Part shown: one piece after another, positions 19,448-30,678 of the stretch
Layout: each line of letters starts with the position of its first letter
Position numbering within the stretch: the stretch's first letter is position 1
NCBI GenBank assembly: GCA_023920165.1
Contig: CP089277.1
Span: 4,216,001 to 4,280,000, forward strand
Direction: 5' to 3'
DNA: 64,000 bases
Origin: Curvularia clavata
Lineage: Eukaryota
Notes under the pieces: model-generated
The model's input: only the letters and a program-made list of their open reading frames with translations
The model's database searches: none
What the model was told of the DNA's origin: nothing
Made by a program: the position numbers and the translations under genes

Positions 19448-21073
19448 TTATTTCAATTCTGGGGCATCATCAACAAAGGATGTAGTCACAAAGAGCTGCA
19501 AAACTCGTTGAAGGTAGTACGACAACCGCATACCTATGGCAGCCACGGCGAAGAAGATTTTACCCCAGATCGTGCTAGCATCGATGGGCTAGATGATAGG
19601 TTAGCGTGCTGAGCTTATATTATACGCGAACATGTTCATACCACAACCGTTGCTCCTCCACTTTTTTTGACCCAATTGAACGCGCGTGGAATCATTTCGG
19701 CTTCAAACTCCGTGCAAGCTCGATTTATTGCGCGCTTTTCTACCCTCCCAGTCGGACCGGCCAAGGAAGAAAGTTGTTGAAGGAAGTCAAGCGCGGTCGC
19801 GGTGTCGCGAAGAGCTGTGTTACCCCCCATACCACTGCGGAAAAGTTAAAGCTGTCGCCTTTACAGTTCTGATGTGGCTTGTAAAGCTTACCGGTTCGGC
19901 AGCATCGCATGGATAGCGTCCCCCAACAACCAGATGCGGCTATTACCTTTCTCTGGCTCTTTCCTAGATCTAACCTTGGCTCTCCAACCCTGCCCTGGAT
20001 TTACACTGACCATGCCTTTGTAGACGTAAATATCTGAATCCTGTAATAATTCAATTATATCGTGACTGCAATTGTGAGTAAGCAATTTAATACTTTAAGA
20101 ATATTCTAGGAGGACGCATACTATTCCGATGACCATCCCGATAGTGTTTTCCTTACAAAATCCCACTTGGCGTTCTGTGATAGACTTGACAAATCCTTCG
20201 GGCATATAGAAGAGGGAACATGGAAACCAAACATCGAAGATGAGATTTCTTCATCTCGGGAACCCGCCGAACTCGAGGACATTGGTAGATAGACTGCCAG
20301 CATGAGATCAGGTGACTGAATATGATAATGTAACCTTACCACAGTAATACATGGTTTTCGCATCAGCAAATGTCAGGATTGGTTTTTCGAGGATTTTTGG
20401 GTTGCTTTCTCGAAGCCGTTGAGCAGGAAGATTACTCTTGGCTACCATGCTAGTGTAATCGTCTACTTGGATGAGATTGTTCAAGCCTACCTGTTTGTTG
20501 ATCTGGTCGTAGGTTAACAGGTGCGTCTTATATTTACCAAAATCATACCTTCGAATGACTGCCGTCGGCTGCGACCAGAATGTCACAGAGGTCATGCGAT
20601 CCGTCTTTGAAGTATACTCTGACTCGCTCCTTTGGAGTATCGTGGTCTACAATTTCGTAACGATCGAATTCTTTACCATACTCGAGTTTTCCAGATGCAG
20701 CTATCGGCGCTGCTAAGGCATCTCTCAAAATCACGCGGCTTATAGGCGCGGATTTGTTGTAAGTCGGAAAAATAGTTAAGTCCAGCATAGTTTCGAATTT
20801 CTTATTTCTTATAACAGGAGCCTCGGATTTGTTGCCGCTAGCTGGTCCAAATTTTTGTACAATTAGGTCCAAATTTTCGGGAGACAAGCATGCTCGCATG
20901 CCTTTTAAAGCATCAGCACCTAATCGAATCTGATACCCCTCGCGTTTGTTGTTTTCTGGTAGCCGTTCGTACACAGTAAAATCGATATTATTGCGTAAGA
21001 GTCCATTCGCAAGGCAATTGCCTGCAAGACCACCTCCAATGATCACAACACGGAAGCTTTGCGGATCGTTCAT
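19448..21073 (-). CDS. FAD-dependent monooxygenase (class A flavoprotein hydroxylase), multi-exon
   Basis: IIGGGLAG (GxGxxG), DILVAADGSHS (DG motif), LLGDAIHAMLPNR/GMGGNTAL (GD motif); last exon PIDASTIWG...DDAPELK* ends at 19448. Confidence 0.92.
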
Positions 21074-21647
21074 TTTGCGATTTGGATACTTGATATATCT
21101 TTGCTGGGTTCTGCTCTAAATATATATACTTTCCCATTTCTATTACAAAGCGGATGGACCAATTGTCTCTATCAACACCTTGTCCTGTATATCAGCGCCA
21201 CCACCTCTTCCGAAACTCGTATGTAATTTTACCAAGGGATAAGATCAATGCAAATCAGTCTACATCAATTTTCAAAGCGCCAACCTGCAATTCTGGTTTT
21301 CATGCGCAATCCTCCACCCCCACCACCCCCACCTCCACCTCCACCCCCACCTCTATTTTCCAGACCAATAGGCTCAAATGCTTTCGCATACATGCAGACA
21401 CATCCATAAAATAATATCTTGCGCTTTACGAAGTTGTCTGCCGAGGGTGTATCGGAAACCTTGTCAAAGTTTTCAATTCCCGGTTAAGATATCTTCTACC
21501 ACCCCTACGTATTTTAAGCTTGGGTATTGTAAAATCTTGGTTACAAGGCTTGCTTCTGTTAGTGTGGGATAATTTCGAAGTGCGTCTTGAACCAGTATTG
21601 CCGTTTAGAGCTGCTACCTGGTTTTGGTCAACAAATTCATCCAAAAA

Positions 21648-22855
21648 ATGACATCTCAAGCCGGAACAACGACTTTGGAGTGGTTTGGTAATGGTTACAA
21701 TACTCCTCTGAAGCATTTGAAGTATTTGATACTGACGATCCCAAGGCGCAACTACTTTTAGGCTCAAGACTAGAGGACTGACTATCTTTCTCGACACATG
21801 GCTCGACCGTCCGGCTGCACTCCCATCGTATATCTCTGTCGCCGAGGTGCATGAAGCAGACTACATCTTCATCTCACATGCTCATTTTGACCAGTATGTT
21901 TTCGTCTGCTCTACAATCTATAATTCAGTCAGTTGACACTCTTGTCCAGCCTACCAGGGGCCGACCGATTGGCTTTGCAAACTGGTGCCATAGTTGTTGC
22001 AAATTGTGAAGCAATCAACATACTAGCAGCAGCCGGTGTACCTGAAGATCAACTGCTACGGGTGAGTGGAGGGGAGCGAGTACCACTCTTCACAAAGAAC
22101 ACCATTCAGCAAGCGAAGTTAGGCAAGTCTCCGCTTACACCAGGACCTCCGGGTGCTCCACCTACACCACATCCGTCTCTTGCTGTAGCAATAGCACATA
22201 TATGGCCGTCTCTACACTGCTTGATGCCTGGCGGACCAGACTTTCATCCTGAAGAAATAGATAGTGGCGAGGTCTTTACGGGGGGAGCACACCCGTGTAT
22301 ATGCACTGTGGACATCAACCGAGGTATGAAGTACGGTTTATTCAAACTGAATGACTCAGTACCCCAGGACAAGATGGATACTGGCATGATTTCTTTCTTA
22401 GATTACATTGCGGATCGTCAAAAGAATGTCATGTCTTATCACGATGGCGGACAGTTGATGGTGAATTTCCAGATCGGCGAGAAGGGGCTACTATGGAGTT
22501 CACACTTAGGTGCATATGAGGGCATCATGAAGTCTATCGAGCCGAAGCCAGAATTGGCCATCTTGGGTATCGCTGGTAGGGCGAACCTAAATGGAAGACC
22601 GTGGGATGGATCGGCTGCACAATTTGCACTTCGTGAGGTTGAGTGGCTAGGACATCCGGCGATGGTGATTTGGTGCCTCCATGACGAAAGGTACGTTCAA
22701 ACCGCCTTTACCAGAAATACCACTTACATGTAAGACACAGTTGCATCAGGCCGTATCGCATCAACACTAAAGCAGCGACTGAGCTAGTTGAAACACATTC
22801 CACGTCGAAGATCCTCGACTTGGACCACTCGCGGGCTTATGAATTTCACATTTAG
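21648..22855 (+). CDS. Metallo-beta-lactamase-fold hydrolase, multi-exon
   Basis: MTSQAGTTTLEWF/GATTFRL..IFLDTWLDRP..DYIFISHAHFD/H (HxHxDH split by an intron), HIWPSLHC, VIWCLHD. Confidence 0.9.
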
Positions 22856-23341
22856 TACTCGATAGCGCCAGCGAGTGGTGAAACATAGCATAGTTAACGG
22901 ATCAGATTGATGGCTTGAATCATGAAGTTGATCGGATTGATTGGTAGATTAGAGACGCGCTCGACACGTATATTAAGGATGGAGCCTTGCTTTTTCTACT
23001 CTAAGACCCCTATGTTTCAGTATGTGCTAGAGGCGGCTGGAGCCCCTTGATTTGATTGGCTCGCCGGATTAGGGCGATCAACTCACACCCTGAATCTGTC
23101 AGGTATCTTACATCTGACACTTATGTCCTCTCAAGTATCACCTGATCACCGTTCGGACCGTTTTCTTCTGGTACTAATGTCTCTACAACAATAGCTAATA
23201 TATATTTATATGCCACGGGTATGGACCAAGGCTACCTTATTTAAGGATTTGAGCTAATCTTCTCTATAAACGTCATGTGCAAAGTTAAGTTAAAGTCTAT
23301 GAACCCTATTATATTTTATGATTATATTTATAAACGTAAAG

Positions 23342-25260
23342 TAGGGCTAGGCTGGCAAGCGGGTATAGGGCACCCGGAGCGGGTAGGGGTAGGGTCGGGT
23401 CACTTGGTGTCCGGGTAGGGGTTAGGGTATAGGGCACCCAGACGGGTTATTAATATCCTAGTAGGCTCAGAGGCAGCGTGATTGATAGATTCTAGATAGA
23501 CGATAGATAGCTAGGGGAGAGAGCTGGAGCGATCAAACAAGTGACTTAGATCAGATAGTATTAAGTAGATTGAGATTGTCAGACTTCTCTACCTTCTATC
23601 TACTTGAATATACTACTACCATATATTGGCGAGATAGATTCTAGAAATATCTATTTACAGTAGCTTGTGTAGTCTTAAGCGTTATAGATAAATAGACAGT
23701 GATTGATTAATCGCAGCAATCATTCACAGCTTCTGATCATTGGTTGATCACAGATTCCAGGTGTGATGGGGAGCATCCAAATTCTGTCTAGTATATGGAT
23801 TAGATAGTTTACAAGCGAGTGACGCTGTAATGGCGCAGGCAAGACTGCTCGGATCAGTATCGGCGGTAGTGTCACTCAGAGGCATATGGGAGTGCGTGGG
23901 ACATCAAATGAGCCTTAATTTGAATAGACACCTATATATATAGACATGTAAGTCTGTTACACTAGTCTATCTTACTATTTCTAATCTTTACTAGTAAATA
24001 TCACCTACTTACCTAGTATAAGAAGATAGAGATCCTATGCGACTAGTGTCAGGCGCTGCGCTGACTATATATACTATCCTGTGCAGAGCATCAGCAGAAC
24101 GCTGATTACTCGTACCTTTTTGGTTGCAGTGGCCCAGTGGCACAGGGCTGAGCTTCTGACATAGTAATCAGCGTTCTGCTGGGGCTTCTATTGAGCGCCG
24201 GATCTGCCGGATCTACTGGGTGCCGGAGATGCCGGAGGTGCCGGGTTCGATTCTAGCTCTAGTCACAGCATAGCCAGTCTATTTAGAGGACTGAAGAATA
24301 GCTAGAGTGACTCTAGTATTCTGTAAGCTGCTGGGAGGTCTAGTATATAGAGTATCCCTAGAGAGCGCTCTATGGCGATTGGCCTAGAGGCTAGGCCCTA
24401 GAAAAGGGGGGGATAATGTCAGGCGCTGCGCTGACTATATATACTATCCTGTGCAGAGCATCAGCAGAACGCTGATTACTCGTACCTTTTTGGTTGCAGT
24501 GGCCCAGTGGCACAGGGCTGAGCTTCTGACAATAGTATTTATTTCTATTTTTGTTTCTCATAACTGGCTCGCCTATGGCGATTGGCCAACATCAAAAAGT
24601 AGTCTCAAAACAAAGGCAGGCCGCCCCTCAGCCTACTAAAATTTAAAAAAGGATTATGTCTAAGGAGAGATTTAAACGCGAGGTTTTAAGCTTCTATATC
24701 TTAAGCTCTAGTACCTTTAGCTTTATATATCGAATCTAAAATATGTTAAAATATGGGGTAGCTACTTGTTCCACTAGTAGCAGACTCAGAGGTAGCTTGA
24801 TCAAAGACTTAAGTGAGTAGTATATGCTAGGGGAGAGGGACAAAGTAGTTAGAGTAGTCAAGTTAGACAGTCTATTTTGATTGTGGTGATCCGCTCTAGT
24901 TACTATCTACTGGCTATTCTACTACTATATATATTGGCTGGTGTAGATTCTAGAAGAATATATCTAGCAGTAGCTTGCGTAATCTTTAGCGTCATAGACA
25001 GATGTCTATAGATCGATTATAGTCTTGGTAGATCGACTATAGATTTCGTTGATTCTAGGTGTAGTAGTACGCATCTAGATCCTATAGATCAACTGACTAG
25101 CTTAGATCTATAACAAAATATAGTATAGATCTAAATTAGAATAATAATAATTACTTTAATAGACTTCTACCTATTAAGCGGCTAATAATAGGTAGAGAAA
25201 ACTTTAAAATTGTCAAACTATAGTAATAATAAGGATATATAGTATTAAAATAGCGCATAC
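23342..25260. mobile_element. RIP-mutated repeat nest starting with a hAT-like terminus
   Basis: TAGGGCTAGG followed by CGGGT/AGGGT subterminal motifs (23342-23450); diverged internal duplication ~23610-23790 vs ~24920-25090; strong TpA excess. Superfamily is a guess. Confidence 0.55.
24047..24531 (+). mobile_element. 485-bp miniature LTR retroelement (TRIM-like or deleted chromovirus) with self-priming PBS
   Basis: Identical 115-bp LTRs TGTCAG...CTGACA at 24047-24161 and 24417-24531; PPT AAAAGGGGGGGATAA; PBS 24163-24181 is the reverse complement of LTR 24092-24110; no clean TSD. Confidence 0.9.
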
Positions 25261-25631
25261 TGCTTATAAATATCTGTTACAAGTAACAAGTCAAAGGATC
25301 AAGCCCCTGCAGAAGGAGGGAAACCACTTGGGATAACGTCAGCGCATCGGGGCCGCGGGGCAGCGGTCACGTAATGTGCCATCTCAACCATCTCGCATGG
25401 GCAAGATGGACCAGATGGCAGGACTAGAAGCGATGGGTATAAGAATGGGATGAATTTCATTATGACACTCGTTGTGGTCAACTCAAATTATACTTTCTTA
25501 CAAGTTACTTTACTTGACAAGATTGCTATTTTGTTATTCTATCCTAGATAGAATTGATTGTCTTTACTATCGGTTGAATCTCCATAACTCTTTTCCACCA
25601 GAATTGCTCGGCAATCACACTGCTTACCGCT

Positions 25632-26391
25632 AACCTACTGACTGTTAGACTGTTAGTGGCGTGAAGGTACAGCACGAGATAGATGAGAGAGAACTATGCT
25701 TTAACAGCCATGTCTTCACGAGACGAATCGCTATCGAGCACCTCTAGCGATCGTGGAGGCTTTATAGCCTTAGGTAAGCCCTAGCTGACTAACTAGCGTG
25801 AAGAAGGAGGGCATTGGACCAACATGTCCCAATTTGGACCAGGTCCTGACACTGACTCGCCCCAACCCGGATCGAGTACTAGAGAAGTACAGCCCAACCC
25901 AGTATAACAATATCTACTCTTCTACTTTTATAAACTTAATCTCTAGCTTAGTAAAATCTATTAATAGTATCATATACTTAGCTTATTCTATCTCTTTCTT
26001 CAGTCTTCTTCTTTAAATTTAGATTAACTATATCTAATCTTTCTAGATAATAGATAGTCTCTATTACTCTCTCTTTAGACGTACGGTCTACTCTCTATAA
26101 GCCGCTTTTAAGTCAAGTTACTATAGAGCTATAGAAATAGCTCTTTAAATAGCTTAACTTTCTAGATATAACTATTATCAGGACCTAGCCCAAATTGACC
26201 CAATTCAGTCCCATTCCCTCCCAGTTTGAGCTAGTTAGTCAGCTAGGGCTTACTTAAGGCTATAAAGTCTTACCCATCGCTAGAGAAGCTCGATAGCGAT
26301 TCGTCTCGTGAATATACGGCTGTTAAGACATAGTTCCCTCCTATCTATCTCGTGCTGTGCTATTATTACTCTAACAGTCTAACATTAGGTT
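25632..26391. mobile_element. Non-autonomous element with ~165-bp terminal inverted repeats (MULE or foldback-like)
   Basis: 25632-25797 is the diverged reverse complement of 26230-26391 (e.g. CACGAGACGAATCGCTATCGAG vs CTCGATAGCGATTCGTCTCGTG); interior RIP-degraded. Confidence 0.8.
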
Positions 26392-27733
26392 GAATATATT
26401 AAACTTCAAAGGTTTGATGTCTATTACTATATACTAAACCTTTTTATAGTATACTTAGTTGCTTAGTAGCGCTAAGTATTACTAATCACTAAGCAAGCCA
26501 CGCAATGCTTCTATTTCTATTATCCTTTCTACTAGTCTATATAATTAGTTGTGACTAAATATATATATGGAGGTGTGTAGTCTAGAGATATATTGCAGTC
26601 CAGGTACTAATGCGTGTCTTAAAATCACTCCTAGTCTAGAGATAGGGTTTGTTCGGGAGACAGCTTCTTGTCTGGGGACGATATCTTGTCTGGAGACTGG
26701 TTGGTGTCTGGGGACATATGGTGTCTTCGGACATGTCGTAACAATCTTATTCTCTCCGCTGCTAGTTCTACTTCTGAGCTATATCAGCAAACCTTATAGT
26801 CCCTGTAAAAATATAACACTCGTCTCTCTGCTTGTGTACAATATACGAATGTATAATCATCAGCCACGTCTCGCTATCTATAATATAAGGTCCTTGCTAA
26901 GTCAGGCCCTGATTTCGCAATTTGGTCTATCGAAGGAACTAGGGGGAAGTTATTAAGCTAGGCGCGAAGACCGCTATGTTCAGACTAGTTTAATAAACTT
27001 TTCGTATTTATGATTGGGTACCATAGGTGCGACCGATGGCTAGTAGGATTATCTGCCGAATCAACGATATGCTAAGCTCGGAAAGTGGAGGAGCAAAAGG
27101 AAAAGGCAGAATGCAAGAATGCTGCACCTGAACAAAGGTTACGCCAGGGAGGAAGGCCCGATTGTATGCAAAACGCATCACTGCAATTTTCACCGGATAC
27201 TGAACAATTTTTTTTTGCACATTTCTAAGGCATCTATTTAGGTAGTCATTTGACTTATCTATGAGCACAAGATTCCCAAACACTATACTTGTTAGGTTTT
27301 CTAACGCTGCGATCGATTCTAAGATATAAGCGTAGATGTCATTACTGTCTATCTAAAAGCTTAGAGACCTAGGAATGATAACTGTGCAATACGTACAAGG
27401 GGCGGTATGTGGAGGAAGTTCGGCGCTATACTGATGCCGAGAAAGTTTCGGCTTCACTGCGGGATTATCTGGATATGCAACATTTACTAAAACTCATACA
27501 TATTCAGCTTAGCTTGTATATTAGCTGGTAATTATAGATGAAGGGGCTTCGCGACTGCGGGGAAATCATGGGGTTCCCGCCCCGCGGGGAAACCCTGGGG
27601 TTCAAGGTTAGTCATAGCTCGGTTCCAGATCTAACGCCTGATGTACATATGTAAAGGTTGGTCATTACATATTTGTGCTGTATACGATACGCGTTGATAT
27701 CAAATACTCAAAGCTCGACTGGATTGTAACGAT

Positions 27734-29550
27734 ATGGATCATAAAGAAGAGTCACGAACAAGTGAGCATGTTCCGGAAGAAAACTTCGACGAACCAACGG
27801 AGGTTCATATTAGAACTATCATAGCGGTGGCCGTACGTTATACGCACTATTTGCTTCGTTGCTCCATTAGTCGCTCATTATTTCACTTAGGCCGTTTGCT
27901 TGACGAGCACTGCCCAACTTATTTCTATTGTGGGCGGCGGTCTACTCGCTCGAAGTATGGCAACCGCGCTTGGCGACCCTACTGTATCGCAGTGGTTCGG
28001 AACTATCAAGAACATATTGACCTTGGTCACTATTCTTCCCGTCGCACAGGGTGCAGATTTCTGGGGCCGAAAATGGTTCATTTTAATCTGTAACTCACTT
28101 GGTGTGATTGGATATCTAATAGTCTCCCGATCCAACAACATTACTACAGTCATAGTCGGCTTTATTATTGGCAGTGCCGCCTTTGGCTGTCAGTCTTTAG
28201 CCTATGCTATTCCTTCGGAAGTCTTGCCTCGAAAGTATCGTGGTTATGGCCAAGCTGCAGCAAACATATCTGGTGGAATAGGAGCTACAGTTGCAGTACT
28301 TATGGGCACCGCTCTTACGAAACACAACCCTGATGGCTGGCGGACATACTGGTACATCGGTGTTGGCGTCTACTTTCTCAGTATTGTATGCGTCCAGTTT
28401 GGCTACAACCCTCCACCACGTGAACTGGAGACTACAATGACTGCAACACAGAAAATCCGGACAATGGACTGGATTGGAGGCTTCCTTATTGGAATAAGCT
28501 TAGTCCTCGTTTGTATGGCTCTCCAGTGGGCCGGAAATCCATACCAATGGTCTAACACTCACGTTCTCGCGCCTTTAATTATCGGGATCTGCTTTCTTTT
28601 TGCCTTTGGACTGTGGGAATGGAAAGGTACTAGTGAAGGCATACTCAACCATCGCTTATTCCACCATCGGAACTTGCCTCTTTCCCTCCTACTGTTCTTT
28701 ACGGAAGGCCTGACTTTCCAGACGGTCAATAATTACTTTGTTTTCAATATAACTACGATATCTCATATTGACACCTGGAGAGGCGGCCTTCGGTTTATTG
28801 TGGTGTTCATCACCTCCGTTGTCATCGCTTTTGTCGCAGGTGCCTACATCACAGTTCGGAAGAGAGTCCGAGAGACGTTGGTGTGTGGTTTCCTCTTCGT
28901 TACTACGTTCTCTATCCTCATGGCATTCTATAGGGAAAGCCTCCCACTAGCTAATGGCTTTGGTTATGCGGTCCTTAGTGGAACAGGACTTGGCGTCATC
29001 TTGACTGGTACTATTGTAGCTGCACAGATGGGTACTCCTCCAGATATGATATCTCTTGGTACAGCACTACCCTTGGCTACAAGATCTCTTGGAGGTGCGG
29101 TCGGCCTCGCTATCGACAATGCAATCTACAGCAACACTCTTGATGAGAACCTTTCCAAAAAAATCGCTGAAGCAGTGTTGCCACTTGGGTTCAACGCAAG
29201 CAACTTAGGAGCTCTGATCAAAGCTCTCGTATCCAATTCGCCGACTGTCAACCAAATCTCCGGCATCACGCCACGGATTCTCGCTGCCGCTCAACATGGT
29301 TTGACTGAGGCGTACAGACTGTCCTTCAAAAGTCTTTGGACTTCTGCAGCTTGTTTTGCAGCTGCTGGCGTCATTGGTAAGCTTTCTACGCTCCATGCCC
29401 CTAGATCTACATGAATTTTGAAAGCTTTTAAGTGGCCCATCTAACACTTCCAAAGGTTCCATATTCATTTTAGAAACACAGTCTGAGTTTACAGAGTCGA
29501 TTGACGCTCCTGTCGAGACCAAGCTGTTGGGAAAAGAAGAGAAGTTCTAG
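27734..29550 (+). CDS. MFS transporter, TRI12/DHA2-like efflux family
   Basis: Hydrophobic ORF with QGADFWGRKW, AIPSEVLPRKYRG, YNPPPRE and DWIGG motifs; introns near 27833-27890 and after 29376; ends IDAPVE...EKF*. Confidence 0.92.
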
Positions 29551-29948
29551 GACAATGGTACAACTTGAAAAGGCACAACAACCTAAAGATGTTGATTAGC
29601 TACTTTGAATACGGAATTATTCCAAATTGGCTCTTTAGTTTAGTAACGGTCATTTAAATTAACAGTCCTGAGGCAACATGTGCCACTGTTTTGAGTAGTT
29701 GTAGGGAAAAGATGTAAAGTTGAAACAAACCTAACCAATATAAGGCCGCGAATCAACCCTTGATTCGTGCCGAATTAGGCTTAACGTTAGGGTTTTGTGC
29801 CGGATTCGGCTATTTTTTACCCCTTGATTCGCGGATTTTGACCCCCTTAATTCGTGCCTAAATAGGCTTAGCGCTAGGGCCAACTTAACCCCAGCACAAC
29901 CCTAACTCAACATTATTACTCACCAAAAGTAAAGTTACTAGTAGAGAA

Positions 29949-30092
29949 CAAAGCTACTATAAGCTGCCAAAGCTACTATAAGCTGCCAAAGTTACTATAA
30001 GGCGTCAAAGTTACTATAAGGCGTCAAAGTTACTATAAGGCGTCAAAGTTACTATAAGGCGTCAAAGTTACTATAAGGCGTCAAAGTTACAA
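29949..30092 (-). repeat. 19-bp tandem array (2x CAAAGCTACTATAAGCTGC, 5x CAAAGTTACTATAAGGCGT, plus a partial unit)
   Basis: Directly visible; its reverse complement matches the rDNA IGS subrepeat. Confidence 0.97.
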
Positions 30093-30342
30093 TACACTGT
30101 CAAGCTGCTAGCAGCTGCCTCACTTTATAATACGAAGAAATGGAGTCGGTTTCTTTGAAATTGCTGCAAAGCTGAGAAATGCGCACGGACTCATTGAGTC
30201 GGTTTCTTTGAAACTTCAGAGTCGGTTTCTTTGCTCTTAACATATCCGAAAATCGATGCAATTAACACTAGACGTGCATAAGGCATATATATATTATATA
30301 TTCAAATTTCAACACTTTTGTACTAGAATTGAGCGAGCAATA

Positions 30343-30527
30343 GCTAACCCTAACTTTGGTGTTGATGTTCCTAGCTCGCTTAGAGTTGCAGGGGTAGCTA
30401 ACCCCAACTTAACCCTAAGTACTGTTAACCCCAAGTACAGCTAACCCTAACGAACCCTAAGCATAAGAAACCCTAGATTTTCGCCAGACCTCAGTGTAGC
30501 TAACCCTAAGCACGGACCACCCGTGCT
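30343..30527 (+). repeat. Degenerate telomere-like AACCC(T/C)AA cluster ending in palindrome AGCACGG-ACCAC-CCGTGCT
   Basis: About 8 dispersed AACCCTAA/AACCCCAA motifs; perfect 7-bp inverted arms at 30509-30515 and 30521-30527. Confidence 0.85.
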
Positions 30528-30678
30528 GCCAATAACGCGTCGCAACTGCACTTATTAACTGCCATTCATATGTTTTGTCTTCAATTAATAGCTAATATCT
30601 ACAATTTGCATCATTTTTATAGTATTCACGACAACTAACTACATACAGATCATATACAAAAGATGCAAATCTCGATTA

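Noticed and set aside
22890..23112. Possible solo LTR ending TCTTACA
   Set aside because: No clear 5' TG boundary, TSD or second copy in the window.
29949..30092. CRISPR-like appearance of the short repeat arrays (also the IGS and 51706-51776)
   Set aside because: Head-to-tail repeats with no unique spacers, in a eukaryotic context with no cas genes.
30343..30510. True telomere or chromosome-fusion scar
   Set aside because: There is no run of perfect (CCCTAA)n; the motifs are dispersed and degenerate.
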